A DNA stretch of 64,000 nt, from positions 70,018 through 134,017 of the forward strand of contig CANMBF010000001.1 in the NCBI GenBank assembly GCA_947496065.1, in the 5' to 3' direction. Position 1 is the first letter of the stretch; each line of letters starts with the position of its first letter. Origin of the DNA: Bacteroidota bacterium (GTDB lineage: Bacteria > Bacteroidota > Bacteroidia > NS11-12g > UBA955). Shown here in pieces: positions 1 to 10,730 of this stretch. Below the pieces are notes generated by a model that saw nothing but the letters and a program-made list of their open reading frames with translations, had not been told where the DNA came from and did not search any database. The position numbers and the translations under genes are program-made.

Positions 1-2
1 CA

Positions 3-707
3 TCTGGACAGAGTAATACCAGCAATACATATAATAATACCAGCAATGTTGGAAACTACACTTCAACCTATTCTAATCGGTTAAGCAATTTTGGAACGAG
101 AAATAGGTTTAACTATAGCAATTATCAGCCAGTTTTATTGCCGTCACTATTTATTTTTAATAATAACGCTGGTTGGACATATGGTCTTGGGTATGGCAAT
201 CCTAGATTTGGCTATGGAAGAAGTTATTCAAGTTCTTTTTCACCTTATTTTGGCTGTTATATGCCTTTCAACGATCCTTTTTTCGCTTATGGTTGGGGTG
301 GTAATTGGATGACAATTTATAACCCATGTTATAGTTATAATCCATATATGTATAATTATGGATCTTACGGATATGGCTACTATGGTAATTATGGAAACTA
401 CAACCCATACTTTAATCATAAAAATAATTCGAATAGCAATTATAACTACAGTCGTAGAACCTATAGCAATTATCCAAATACGCAAACCAACTCTAACACT
501 GGTAATACAGGAAACACCAATAACAATTGGTGGAACAGAACGACCAACTCAAATCCTACGAATAACGGTGGAAATCCTACAGGTTCGGGCAAATGGTGGA
601 ACAGTGGTTCTCCTTCAACAGGCGGAGGAAATACCGGTGGTGGTGGCAATAGCGGCTCAGGTAGAGCAACATCTGGAAACACAGGAGGAAGTGCAAGAAG
701 AAGATAA
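3..707 (+). CDS. 5'-truncated Asn/Gly/Tyr-rich low-complexity protein of the kind often found upstream of Bacteroidota FadL-like genes
   Basis: The frame of the 138..707 ORF is open back to position 3 (SGQSNTSNTY...YSNRLSNF). Y/G/W-rich middle, N/G/S/T-rich tail ending GGSARRR; stop 7 nt before the next ATG. Confidence 0.7.
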   Translation, partial: SGQSNTSNTYNNTSNVGNYTSTYSNRLSNFGTRNRFNYSNYQPVLLPSLFIFNNNAGWTYGLGYGNPRFGYGRSYSSSFSPYFGCYMPFNDPFFAYGWGGNWMTIYNPCYSYNPYMYNYGSYGYGYYGNYGNYNPYFNHKNNSNSNYNYSRRTYSNYPNTQTNSNTGNTGNTNNNWWNRTTNSNPTNNGGNPTGSGKWWNSGSPSTGGGNTGGGGNSGSGRATSGNTGGSARRR

Positions 708-714
708 GTAACAA

Positions 715-2229
715 ATGAAACCATTAATTTTTGTTATTGCCTATCTATTAATTAATTCATTGTTTTCACAAAGTGAAGTGGATGCTATAAGATACTCTCA
801 GGAAAACATAGGCAGTACAGCCCGTTCTTTTGCGGTTGGTGGCGCTTTTGGTGCGGTAGGCGCAGATCCTAGTTGTGCCTCCATTAATCCTGCGGGAATG
901 GCCAAATACAGAAGCAGTAAATTATTTATTAGTACATCATTTTTTAATACAAAAAATAAAACCGCTTTTTTAGGCAATACGCTTACTGATAATAAATTCA
1001 ATTTTAATATCCCGAACCTTGGCTTAATTATTAATATCCCTGGAGAAGATTATAATTTAAAGAATCCAAAGGGGTTTGTTAATTTTATTATAGGTTTTAA
1101 TGTGAATAGGAAAATTAACTTTCACAATAGAACACTTTTTGAGGGCGTCAATCAGCGTAATAGCATAACACAAGATTGGGTAGAAAGAGCCAATAGAGAA
1201 GGATTAGCGCCTAATTATATGCTATCTTCTAGTATTGAACATTTAGCCTGGATAACAAGTGCCATTGATCCAGATACCTTTTCTTCGGTGCCTAAATATG
1301 TTTCTGCATATGGAAACACTCCCATTAATGTAAATCAAATTGGAACCGTTCAGAGTAAGGGTGCGCTTAATGATTATAATTTATCAATAGCCGCGAATTA
1401 TCGACATTTGATTCAAGGTGGTATTGCTTTGGGCTTTAAAAGTGTTCGTTATTTAGAGTCCTATAGTTTTATTGAGCGAGATTTGAAAACAGGTTCAATA
1501 AAGGATATAAAAAGTATGACCCTTGATAAAGATTTTTCGACCAAGGGAAGGGGAATGAATGCAAAAATTGGCATACTAGTTAGTCTAAGTGAGTATTTTA
1601 GATTTGGAATTGCATACCATTCACCAACGGTTTACAATTTGGTTGATTCTTATGCTTATACTATTAATGCCATTTATGATTATGGTGCCAGAGATGTATA
1701 TAATAATGATAGGCTTAATAAAATAGCTACTACCAATCCTACCATTTATCGTTATAAAATCACCACACCATCGAGACAGGTATTTAGTGCCGCTATGCTT
1801 AACAAAAATATAGGATTCGTTTCAATAGATTTAGAATTTGTAAATTATGCCGGTGCTAGTTTATGGGCTAAGGATTATAAATTTATTAATGAAAACGCCG
1901 ACATAAAAAAAAGATACAACAATGTATTAAACTTAAGAATGGGTGCTGAACTAATTAAAGATAATTATAGATTTAGGGCTGGTTATGCACGCTATCCTAG
2001 TGCACATAACAGCGCTTTTGTTACAGATATAAAAAGCCTTGTTAATAACATTTATACCATTGGTTTTGGTATCAAAACAGAATCTTATTCATTTGATATT
2101 GCCTATGTAAATAGCGGATTTACCACTAATTATTCGCCATATGAATTGACTAATAAACAACAGCCAATTGCAAGCAATATTGTTAGAACATCAAATCTTA
2201 TTTTAACAGTAGGATTTAATATCGATTAG
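715..2229 (+). CDS. OmpP1/FadL-family outer-membrane beta-barrel protein
   Basis: Signal peptide, then DAIRYS..GSTARSFAVGGAFGAVGAD..SINPAG N-terminal motif; alternating beta-strand pattern ending LILTVGFNID. Confidence 0.85.
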   Translation: MKPLIFVIAYLLINSLFSQSEVDAIRYSQENIGSTARSFAVGGAFGAVGADPSCASINPAGMAKYRSSKLFISTSFFNTKNKTAFLGNTLTDNKFNFNIPNLGLIINIPGEDYNLKNPKGFVNFIIGFNVNRKINFHNRTLFEGVNQRNSITQDWVERANREGLAPNYMLSSSIEHLAWITSAIDPDTFSSVPKYVSAYGNTPINVNQIGTVQSKGALNDYNLSIAANYRHLIQGGIALGFKSVRYLESYSFIERDLKTGSIKDIKSMTLDKDFSTKGRGMNAKIGILVSLSEYFRFGIAYHSPTVYNLVDSYAYTINAIYDYGARDVYNNDRLNKIATTNPTIYRYKITTPSRQVFSAAMLNKNIGFVSIDLEFVNYAGASLWAKDYKFINENADIKKRYNNVLNLRMGAELIKDNYRFRAGYARYPSAHNSAFVTDIKSLVNNIYTIGFGIKTESYSFDIAYVNSGFTTNYSPYELTNKQQPIASNIVRTSNLILTVGFNID

Positions 2230-2246
2230 AATTTTAAGTTCAATAA

Positions 2247-2274
2247 AAAAGGGCCTATTGGCCCTTTTATTTTT
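2247..2274. terminator. Likely bidirectional intrinsic terminator
   Basis: AAAAGGGCC-TATT-GGCCCTTTT hairpin with A/T tails between convergent genes. Confidence 0.75.
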
Positions 2275-2289
2275 ATATCTCTAAAATAG

Positions 2290-2976
2290 TTATTCTATAA
2301 TTAATTTGGAGCTAGAAATTCCGTTGCCATCAATTATATTAACGCAATATACACCAATCTTTAACGAAGAAATATCTATTGGATTACCATTTTCGAAACT
2401 ACCAGACAGTATTGTTTCTCCTAAAAGATTTACGATACGATAGTCTCCAAAATTAGTTGAAGCAGAATTTATCACTACAGACCCTCTGCTTGGGTTGGGG
2501 AACAATGAGAAATCAGCTTTTTTTAAGGTATTGATATTTAAACCATAACCTTGCGCATTTATATAAATATCTGTGTATTTTGATTGGCTTGATTTTTTAG
2601 CAAATCTTATCACCATTTGACCAATTCCTTTATCGCTTTTAGGATAAAAATGAAAAGAAAGGATTCTAACAGCGCCGGGGTCGATAATAAATTCAGCTGT
2701 ATTGGTAGTTGGACTATAGCATGTAACAATATCACAAACAGCAGAAGTCCAATTGGCGGTAGGTAATGCATTTACATTTCTATACCAAACAATGGTATCA
2801 GGCAAACTGCCGGTGTTTCTTATTTTTGTTTCGGCCACCAGTTCGGCATAACCATTTGGGGTAGAGGCTACGTATCCTGCAGCATAAAGTGTGTCATCAT
2901 CATAGATAACTTGTGCGTTGATGCTTGCATTCAATCCAAAAGCGCATAAAACAGTGAGGGTAATATTTTTTAACAT
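2290..2976 (-). CDS. Secreted protein with T9SS type A C-terminal sorting domain
   Basis: Signal peptide; C-terminus FSLFPNPS...IDISSLKIGVYCV...SSKLIIE. Confidence 0.85.
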   Translation of the reverse strand: MLKNITLTVLCAFGLNASINAQVIYDDDTLYAAGYVASTPNGYAELVAETKIRNTGSLPDTIVWYRNVNALPTANWTSAVCDIVTCYSPTTNTAEFIIDPGAVRILSFHFYPKSDKGIGQMVIRFAKKSSQSKYTDIYINAQGYGLNINTLKKADFSLFPNPSRGSVVINSASTNFGDYRIVNLLGETILSGSFENGNPIDISSLKIGVYCVNIIDGNGISSSKLIIE

Positions 2977-2981
2977 GGATA

Positions 2982-2989
2982 CAAAGTTA
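2982..2989 (-). promoter_or_regulatory. Bacteroidota -7 promoter box TAACTTTG
   Basis: Matches TAnnTTTG, 5 nt upstream of the ATG at 2976. Confidence 0.6.
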
Positions 2990-3024
2990 AATAATAAAAC
3001 CGAAAAAAAGCAAATTTAATGGCG

Positions 3025-3894
3025 TTAAAGCTTTATCTTAAAGCTTATATCTAAACTTTTAACTGAATGAGTAAGCATTCCCAAAGATATAAAATCAACA
3101 CCTGATTTGGCATAATCTTCAATATTATCCAATGTAATGCCACCCGAGGCTTCCGTTTCGCATTGCTTATTAATTAAAGCAACGGCCTCTTTTGCTGTTT
3201 CAGGTGTAAAGTTATCTAGCATAATTCTCTGAAAAGGCAATTGTGTTAAAGCTTCTTTTACCTCTGATAAAGACCTAGTTTCAATCTCAATTCCAAGGGT
3301 TAGATTATTTTCTATTAAATAAGATTTTGCCTTATGAAGGGCATTAACAATGCCACCGGCCACATCCACATGGTTGTCTTTTAGCATGATCATATCATAT
3401 AAACCAATTCTATGATTTTGGCCTCCTCCAACCGTAACCGCCCATTTTTCTAATATCCTTAAATTTGGAGTTGTTTTTCTAGTATCCAAAACTTTAGTCG
3501 GATAATTTTTTATTTTTTCAGCGGCAATATGGGCTATCGTAGCAATTCCACTTAGTCGTTGCATGATATTGAGTAAAAGACGCTCACTTTTGAGCAGGCC
3601 ATGCGCATTTCCGGTGACTACGAATCCAATATCACCATGTTTTACAATATCACCATCGTGTATTAGGGCATTAATTTGGCAACTACTATCATTCAATTTA
3701 AGAATGGTATAAGCAATATTTATTCCAGCCGCAACGCCATTGTCTTTAAATATTAATTTAGCTGATGCAATTCTATCTTTTTCAATTGAAGAAAGCGAAG
3801 AGTGGTCGCCTGTTCCAATGTCTTCAGACAATGCTCTTTTAATAATATCTAATACCTCGGGATGGTGGCTGATATCAGCGATATTTTGCAACAT
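3025..3894 (-). CDS. nadC: Quinolinate phosphoribosyltransferase
   Basis: ERLLLNIMQRLSGIAT, LDTRKTTP, HRIGLYDMIMLKDNH, IMLDNF, EASGGI motifs. Confidence 0.97.
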   Translation of the reverse strand: MLQNIADISHHPEVLDIIKRALSEDIGTGDHSSLSSIEKDRIASAKLIFKDNGVAAGINIAYTILKLNDSSCQINALIHDGDIVKHGDIGFVVTGNAHGLLKSERLLLNIMQRLSGIATIAHIAAEKIKNYPTKVLDTRKTTPNLRILEKWAVTVGGGQNHRIGLYDMIMLKDNHVDVAGGIVNALHKAKSYLIENNLTLGIEIETRSLSEVKEALTQLPFQRIMLDNFTPETAKEAVALINKQCETEASGGITLDNIEDYAKSGVDFISLGMLTHSVKSLDISFKIKL

Positions 3895-3905
3895 AATTCA
3901 AGCTG

Positions 3906-3913
3906 CAAATTTA
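3906..3913 (-). promoter_or_regulatory. -7 promoter box TAAATTTG for nadC
   Basis: TAnnTTTG match 11 nt upstream of the ATG. Confidence 0.55.
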
Positions 3914-3965
3914 CGATAAGTTATGATTTAATTGTTAAGTGAAAGAAGTTGCTTTAAAATGGGAA

Positions 3966-4337
3966 TTATTGAATTTTGAATTCATTAATTACAAAACCTG
4001 AATTTCCTGTATTTGCAACTATTGTAACCCGATAGTTCCCATTTTTTGTTACTAGGTCAAAAATTAACATGGTTGATTGACTACCATTGGTTTCGTGGCT
4101 TAGGGTAGCTTTTGATGGCGTATTAGTTTTGAAAAAATTATCAAGTACAATTTTAGCTTGATCTTTTGCATACACATTAGAAGTAGAGGGCATCACCAAT
4201 TCTATGCTTGAATTGAACATAGCAGCAAGTTCAGCAGTATTCCCGCTTTGAAGCGCAGAAGCAATCTTATCGCCATTACCTGCATACGTAAACGTTGCAA
4301 GAAAAGACACAAAGGCAAGTATAAATGATTTTAGCAT
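3966..4337 (-). CDS. DUF4783-like secreted protein
   Basis: Signal peptide; IASALQSGNTAELAAMF...YAKDQAKIVLDNFF pattern; located next to nadC. Confidence 0.75.
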   Translation of the reverse strand: MLKSFILAFVSFLATFTYAGNGDKIASALQSGNTAELAAMFNSSIELVMPSTSNVYAKDQAKIVLDNFFKTNTPSKATLSHETNGSQSTMLIFDLVTKNGNYRVTIVANTGNSGFVINEFKIQ

Positions 4338-4373
4338 AACATAAGTTTTGCATAAATCGTGCCAATTGAAATT

Positions 4374-5390
4374 CTAACACACCTCCCAAAAAGACTTTGT
4401 CATTAGTAATGCATTGAAAGATAGTTTTTTATCTTTAATATTTACAGCAGTTATTTGTTCCTTTATGCCATTTTCAAGGGTTGCTTTTGTGTTATCACAA
4501 TAGATGATTCCGAAGGGGCGAGGAAGTAAATTATTATCAAAAAACTGTGTTAGAATAAAGGCTTTGGTTTTATCGTTTTCATCGTGCACCATACATTCAT
4601 CTATAGAATGTTGTTCGAGATCAATAACGTCTGGTTGAAGGCCAATTAATTTAATACCTTTTTTGCCGCTATCAAAAGTTAATGGTTTTTCGTGTTCAAG
4701 ATAAATGCCATTAATTAACTTTAAGTCTTTATCAGTGAAAACATCAAAGGCATGGTCATTAAAAACATTGCAATTTTGATAAATTTCAACCATTGAAGTG
4801 CCTTTGTGGGTATAAGCGCGTTTATATATTTCTTGCTGGTGTTTGGCGTCCTTGTCCAATGTTCTGGCAATAAAGGTGGCATTTGCGCCTAGGCATAAAG
4901 CAAGTGGATTAAATGGCAAATCAACACTACCAAAAGGCGTTGATTTTGTTATTTTTCCAACCTCACTTGTAGGTGAATATTGTCCCTTCGTTAAACCATA
5001 TATTTGGTTGTTGAATAGTAAAATGTTTAAATCAGGATTTCTTCTAAGTGTATGAATAAGGTGATTGCCACCAATACTTAATGCATCACCATCGCCAGTG
5101 ATGACCCAAACACTGAGTTCAGGCCTAGTAATCTTAAGACCTGTTGCCACTGCAGTTGCTCTACCATGAATAGAATGCATTCCATAGGTATTCACGTAAT
5201 AGGGAAAGCGCGATGAGCAACCAATACCAGAGATAAAAACAAATTCATGTTTTGGCTGTCCTAAATCAGGTAATATTTTTTTTACACTGTTAAGAATTGC
5301 ATAATCACCACAACCAGGACACCATCTTACTTCTTGGTTGGTTTCAAGATCTTTAGATGTAAAAATATCAATTGAATCTGAATTATGCAT
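4374..5390 (-). CDS. korB: 2-oxoacid:ferredoxin oxidoreductase beta subunit
   Basis: WCPGCGD, SGIGCSSR, HGRA and TPP-binding GDGD...NN motifs. Confidence 0.93.
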   Translation of the reverse strand: MHNSDSIDIFTSKDLETNQEVRWCPGCGDYAILNSVKKILPDLGQPKHEFVFISGIGCSSRFPYYVNTYGMHSIHGRATAVATGLKITRPELSVWVITGDGDALSIGGNHLIHTLRRNPDLNILLFNNQIYGLTKGQYSPTSEVGKITKSTPFGSVDLPFNPLALCLGANATFIARTLDKDAKHQQEIYKRAYTHKGTSMVEIYQNCNVFNDHAFDVFTDKDLKLINGIYLEHEKPLTFDSGKKGIKLIGLQPDVIDLEQHSIDECMVHDENDKTKAFILTQFFDNNLLPRPFGIIYCDNTKATLENGIKEQITAVNIKDKKLSFNALLMTKSFWEVC

Positions 5391-7233
5391 GGTTAATCTG
5401 TTTTAAAATGGCGTCTTTAATTTCTTTTACCATAAATGGTTGTCCTTGTATTTTATTGATACCAATAGCATCTTTTAAATATTTATCACGTATGACGCGT
5501 ATCAATTGGCCATTGTTTAATTCTGCGACCATAACTTTGTTGAAAGGTTTGATTAAATCTCCAATATTGAGGGGCATTGGGTTAATGTATTTTAAATGAA
5601 TGTGAGCAATGGAATGACCCTCTAAAATTAACTCATTAACAGCAGCGCTGATGGAGCCAAAAGTACTACCCCATCCAATGATTAATAGCTCTGACATCTC
5701 ATTTCCATTTTCAAATTTTTGAAGTGGTAAAACTTCGGCAACGCGTTCAACTTTTTCTGCCCTTAATTTCACCATCAACTCGTGGTTTTCTGGCTCGTAA
5801 CTAATGTTACCAGAAATATTTTCTTTTTCTAATCCACCAATTCTATGTTCGAAATTTTTGGTACCTGGAACTGCAATATTTCTTGACAAATTAGCATTTC
5901 TTAGGTAAGGCTGATAAGTGTTTAATTCTTCACTATTGGTAATGAAATTTGATTGAATTGTAGGCAAATGCTCAATTGTTTTTATTTTCCAAGGTTCGGC
6001 ACCATTGGCAATAAAGCCATCGCTAAGAATCATTACAGGCACCGTATGTTCTAATGCAATTTTAATAGCAGTATAGGCCATTTCATAGCAATCTGAATGA
6101 GTCGAGGGAGCAATAACAACCAATGGACATTCGCCATTCCTGCCATAAAGCGCTTGCATTAAATCTGCTTGTTCTGTTTTTGTTGGTAAGCCTGTTGATG
6201 GCCCACCGCGTTGAACATTACAGATAACAAGCGGCAGTTCTAGCATGGTAGCTAAGCCTATTGCTTCGGCCTTAAGTGCAATACCAGGCCCAGAGCTCGT
6301 TGTTAAGCCAATAGAACCACCATAAGAGGCGCCAATTGCAGCGCTCACACCAGCAATTTCATCCTCTGCTTGGAATGAGATAACACCATATCCTTTGTGT
6401 TTTGATAATTCATGCAGAATATCAGAAGCGGGTGTTATGGGATAAGTTCCTAAAAACAGGGGTAATTCAGCATTAATAGAAGCGGCTAAAAAGCCCATTG
6501 CCATGGCTTGATTACCATTTATACTTCTATATAAACCAGGCTTGGTTTCAGCTTTATCAACTTCGTATTGATAAGCAAAAGTTTCTGTTGTCTCTCCAAA
6601 GTTATAACCTGCTTTTAAGGCTATAACATTGGCGTTTGCAACCGATGGATCTTTCTTAAAATGCTGCTCAATAAATTGCGTTGTTTTGTCTAAAGAACGG
6701 TGGTAAAGCCAGTAAACCAAACCCAGTACAAACATGTTTTTGCAACGTTCTGATTCTTTGTTTCCTAGATTATATGGAGCTACTGCAATTTTGGTAAGCT
6801 TTGTGATATCAATTTTATGAACTTGAAAATTATTTAGACTGTCGTTTTCAAGTGGATTCTCTGTTTCTTCAATATTTGCTAAGCGCAAGTTTTTGTTATC
6901 AAAACCACTTACATTGGCAATTATAATTCCATTTGGTTTTAAGAATTTTAGATTAGTCTTCAGTGCAGCGGCATTTAAAGCCACTAAAACGTCATATTCA
7001 TCTCCTGGTGTAAAAATATGGGCATCCCCAAAATGCAATTGGAATCCGGAAACGCCAGGAACGGTTCCTAGTGGTGCTCTGATTTCAGCAGGAAAATCAG
7101 GGAAAGTGGCAATATCATTGCCAAATAAGGCAGTAGTTTCGGCAAATTGATTCCCTGTTAATTGAATACCGTCGCCACTATCACCAGCGAATTTTATGAC
7201 GACATCACGTAGTTGTTTCTTTGAATTATTCAC
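5383..7233 (-). CDS. korA: 2-oxoacid:acceptor oxidoreductase alpha subunit (gamma-alpha fusion)
   Basis: FAGDSGDG, YPITPASD, QAEDEIAG, QRGGPSTGLPTKTEQAD; GTG start; overlaps the beta subunit by 8 nt. Confidence 0.93.
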   Translation of the reverse strand: MNNSKKQLRDVVIKFAGDSGDGIQLTGNQFAETTALFGNDIATFPDFPAEIRAPLGTVPGVSGFQLHFGDAHIFTPGDEYDVLVALNAAALKTNLKFLKPNGIIIANVSGFDNKNLRLANIEETENPLENDSLNNFQVHKIDITKLTKIAVAPYNLGNKESERCKNMFVLGLVYWLYHRSLDKTTQFIEQHFKKDPSVANANVIALKAGYNFGETTETFAYQYEVDKAETKPGLYRSINGNQAMAMGFLAASINAELPLFLGTYPITPASDILHELSKHKGYGVISFQAEDEIAGVSAAIGASYGGSIGLTTSSGPGIALKAEAIGLATMLELPLVICNVQRGGPSTGLPTKTEQADLMQALYGRNGECPLVVIAPSTHSDCYEMAYTAIKIALEHTVPVMILSDGFIANGAEPWKIKTIEHLPTIQSNFITNSEELNTYQPYLRNANLSRNIAVPGTKNFEHRIGGLEKENISGNISYEPENHELMVKLRAEKVERVAEVLPLQKFENGNEMSELLIIGWGSTFGSISAAVNELILEGHSIAHIHLKYINPMPLNIGDLIKPFNKVMVAELNNGQLIRVIRDKYLKDAIGINKIQGQPFMVKEIKDAILKQINHA

Positions 7234-7381
7234 TATAATATTTCGACTGCAAAGTAAAGCTAAAATTTAAGTTTAAAATATGGATAATACTTATGAAGTG
7301 ATAAGCGTCACATTTTCGTCAAAATTTATTAAAAAACACAATTAATTTACTTTAACTTTGTTAATTGTATTTATTTGAAGC

Positions 7382-10300
7382 ATGTCTGTTCAATTTGAAC
7401 TATTAAAACAAAAATTAGATGAATTTATTCGGAAGTTTTATTTGAATAGGTTGCTGCAAGGGTTTTTATTAACGCTTGGAGGCTTGGTTGGTGTATTTTT
7501 ACTTGCCGCAATCATTGAATATTTTGGTCATTTGGGCACCTTTTCTAGGGCGTTTTTGTTGTATGGTTATATCTTATTTGCAATTGTGATTCTTGTTAAA
7601 TATGTAACAATTCCCTTATTGAAATGGTTCCTGATTGGCAAAACAATTTCATATGAGAAAGCATCTGTTTTGATTGGTGCGCATTTTCCAGAAATTAAGG
7701 ACAAACTATTAAACACGCTTCAGCTTCAACAACAAGCTAGTGTGTCAGACAATGAATTACTATTGGCTAGCATTGAACAAAGAACAAAAAATTTAAATCC
7801 ATTCAGTTTCAGTGCGGCAATCGATATTAGGTCTTCTTTTAAAAAATACAGTGGGTATGCTTTCATTCCGATAGTTTTATTAGGGATAATACTAATTTTT
7901 CAAAGCAGTATGATTACAAAATCTACTGAGAGGATATTGAGTTATAACAAGCAATTTGCGAGAGAGGCGCCCTTTCAATTTGAGTTACAAAATAATAATT
8001 TAAATGTTCTAAGAAACTCAGATATAACAATTACAATTAAAACAGTAGGCAAAAACTTGCCAGCACAGGTATTTATTAATTTAGATAATCACTTAATTAA
8101 AATGGAGTCTAGTGGTAAAAATGAGTTTTCTTATCAAATGCAAAACTTAACCATCGGCCATCAATTTTATTTTACCGATGGCGACTATACTTCTAACAGT
8201 TACGAATTAAGTGTATTGCCAAATCCTATTTTAATGAATTTTAAAATAAATTTGACCTACCCCATTTACACAGGGAAACCTAAGGAAATCCTCCATAATA
8301 CGGGTGATTTAACCCTTCCTAAAGGCACAAATGTTGAATGGGAATTTAACACAAAGGATGCGGAAATATTACAATTTAGTTTAAATCAAACAAACCTTCA
8401 GCCAATTAAATTAGGTAATATTTTCAAGGTTTCGCAAACCATTAAAGCCAATGCGAATTATTTTTTACAACTCTCAAATCAATTTATTGCATCGAAGGAT
8501 ACTTTAAAGTATAATATTCAGATGATTGAAGATAGATTTCCAGGAATAGTTGCAGAACAAAAACAGGATTCTATTAATCCATTCATCTATTATTTTTACG
8601 GCAAAGCTGACGATGACTATGGTCTTAGTAAATTGCAGTTTGTATACAAAAACGCTAGCACCAATAACATTAATAAGATCTTTCCGGTTATAATAGGCAA
8701 ATCAACAGATGAAATATTTTACTACATGGTAGATTTAAGTAAGTTGATAGAAAATGATGGTGATATTCTTGAATATTATTTTGAGGTTTGGGATAATGAT
8801 GGTGTAAACGGTAAAAAATCTTCTAAATCACCGGTATTTAAAACAATATCTCCAAGTAAAGAGCAACTAAAAGCCGATGCTGAGAGCAGCAGTAACTCCA
8901 TCAAACAAAAAATGAAGGAGGCAATGCAAGAAAGCATAAGTCTTCAAAAAAGAACACAAGATCTGAACAAAGATTTAATGGAAAATAATACCTTGGACTG
9001 GCGTCAACAAGAAAAGATCAAGGACTTCATAAAAGATCAAAAAAAGTTGGAGAATAAAATTGATCAACTTAAAAACGAGCAAAAAGCCAAAAATGAAAAG
9101 GAGAATCAATTAAATCCAAAGGAGGAAGACCTATTAAAAAAACAAAAAGAGCTAGATAAACTTTTTAATGAATTGTTGACCCCAGAAATGAAGGAAATGC
9201 TGAAAAAGCTGGAAGATTTATTAAAACAACAAAACAAGGATGGTATTCAACAACAGATGGAAAAAATGAAGTTGAACAACGAGGACATGCAAAAACAACT
9301 GGACCGCACATTGGAGCAGTTTAAAGCTTTAGAGTTGGAGAAAAAAATGGATGATCAAATCAAAGCTTTAAATGATTTAGCAGAGAAACAAGCTGATTTA
9401 GCAGAGAAAACAAAGGATAAATCTGAATCGCAAGAAGCGCTTAAAAAACAACAAGAGGAGATTAATAAGCAATTTGATGATTTAAAAAAAGAGCAAGAAA
9501 ATATTGAGAAAAAAAATGATGAGTTAGAATCGCCAATGACCTTAGATGATATGCAACAAGAAGAATCAGAGGTTGATAAAAACATGGACGAGAGTCAGCA
9601 GAATTTAGATAAAAAGCAAAATAAAAAGGCTTCAGAAAATCAGAAAAAGGCTGCCGATAAAATGAAAGAAATGGCGAGTAAGATGGAAAAGAACAAGCAG
9701 CAACAAGAAGAGGAGAAGGCTGCTGAGGATTATTTTACATTAAGACAAATATTAGAAAACTTAATTGAGTTAAGTTACCAGCAAGAAGGTTTAATGGGCC
9801 AAATGAAAGAGACCAAGAGTTACAATCCGAAGTTTGTGGAACTAAGTGCAAAACAAAGAAAACTTAAAGGTGATGCAAAAATGGTTGAAGACTCTTTACT
9901 TGCTTTAAGTAAAAGACAAATACAAATAAAGAGTTTTGTAAATAAAGAAATTTCAGGCATCAATAACAATATGGAAAAAGCCATCACTAGTTTTAGTAAA
10001 ATAGAAATTATGAGTGGCTTGGTTCAACAACAATATGTTATGACTGGTTTGAATAATTTATCAGTAATGCTCAGTGAATCATTAAAAAAGATGCAGGAGC
10101 AAATGAATGAGAATAAAGACAAAAAACAGGGTGAGGGCCAGTGTAATAATCCAGGAGGCAAAAAACCGAAGCCTGGTGCAGGTAAACCAAGCAATGGCAA
10201 ACCAAAAATGGGGGGCGATGGCTTAAAGAAAATGCAGGAAGGAATTGCCAAACAGTTGCAAGATATGAAGAACGGAAAGGAGCAAGGTAAAAATCCAACA

Positions 10301-10726
10301 AGTGAGCAATTTGCTAAGATAGCAGCCCAACAAGAGGCATTGAGAAGAGAGATTGATCGACTTGAGAAAATGTTAAAGGAAGAAGGTAAAGCGGGTAGTT
10401 TGGGTGATTTAGATAAGACCAAGGAATTAATGGAAAAACAAGAACGCGACTTAGTTAATAAGCAAATTACACCTGAAACCATGAACCGTGCACAAGAAAT
10501 CGAAACCCGCATGTTAGAGCATGAAAAGTCAGAGAGGGAACAAGATCAAGATAATCAAAGAGAGGCCGAACAAGCAAAAAATACAAGCCCATCAATTCCC
10601 CCAACTATAAAATTATACCTCGAACAAAAGGCGAAGGAGATGGAATTATTGAGAAGTTTACCAGCTGAATTATCGCCCTACTACAAAGACAGGGTAAGGG
10701 CCTATTTTAAAAAAGTGGGCAGTTAG
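7382..10726 (+). CDS. Large DUF4175-like membrane-anchored coiled-coil protein
   Basis: 1114 aa; three N-terminal TM segments, Ig-like middle (DDYGLSKL, EVWDNDGVNG), long Q/E/K coiled coil, C-terminal YYKDRVRAYF. Confidence 0.75.
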   Translation: MSVQFELLKQKLDEFIRKFYLNRLLQGFLLTLGGLVGVFLLAAIIEYFGHLGTFSRAFLLYGYILFAIVILVKYVTIPLLKWFLIGKTISYEKASVLIGAHFPEIKDKLLNTLQLQQQASVSDNELLLASIEQRTKNLNPFSFSAAIDIRSSFKKYSGYAFIPIVLLGIILIFQSSMITKSTERILSYNKQFAREAPFQFELQNNNLNVLRNSDITITIKTVGKNLPAQVFINLDNHLIKMESSGKNEFSYQMQNLTIGHQFYFTDGDYTSNSYELSVLPNPILMNFKINLTYPIYTGKPKEILHNTGDLTLPKGTNVEWEFNTKDAEILQFSLNQTNLQPIKLGNIFKVSQTIKANANYFLQLSNQFIASKDTLKYNIQMIEDRFPGIVAEQKQDSINPFIYYFYGKADDDYGLSKLQFVYKNASTNNINKIFPVIIGKSTDEIFYYMVDLSKLIENDGDILEYYFEVWDNDGVNGKKSSKSPVFKTISPSKEQLKADAESSSNSIKQKMKEAMQESISLQKRTQDLNKDLMENNTLDWRQQEKIKDFIKDQKKLENKIDQLKNEQKAKNEKENQLNPKEEDLLKKQKELDKLFNELLTPEMKEMLKKLEDLLKQQNKDGIQQQMEKMKLNNEDMQKQLDRTLEQFKALELEKKMDDQIKALNDLAEKQADLAEKTKDKSESQEALKKQQEEINKQFDDLKKEQENIEKKNDELESPMTLDDMQQEESEVDKNMDESQQNLDKKQNKKASENQKKAADKMKEMASKMEKNKQQQEEEKAAEDYFTLRQILENLIELSYQQEGLMGQMKETKSYNPKFVELSAKQRKLKGDAKMVEDSLLALSKRQIQIKSFVNKEISGINNNMEKAITSFSKIEIMSGLVQQQYVMTGLNNLSVMLSESLKKMQEQMNENKDKKQGEGQCNNPGGKKPKPGAGKPSNGKPKMGGDGLKKMQEGIAKQLQDMKNGKEQGKNPTSEQFAKIAAQQEALRREIDRLEKMLKEEGKAGSLGDLDKTKELMEKQERDLVNKQITPETMNRAQEIETRMLEHEKSEREQDQDNQREAEQAKNTSPSIPPTIKLYLEQKAKEMELLRSLPAELSPYYKDRVRAYFKKVGS

Positions 10727-10730
10727 TAAG

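Noticed and set aside
91..724. ORFs 91..312, 240..485, 358..711 and 470..724
   Set aside because: Shadow frames of the low-complexity Asn/Gly gene.
9355..10512. Antisense ORFs within the DUF4175-like gene
   Set aside because: Ser/Phe/Leu-rich mirror images of a K/E/Q-rich coding strand.
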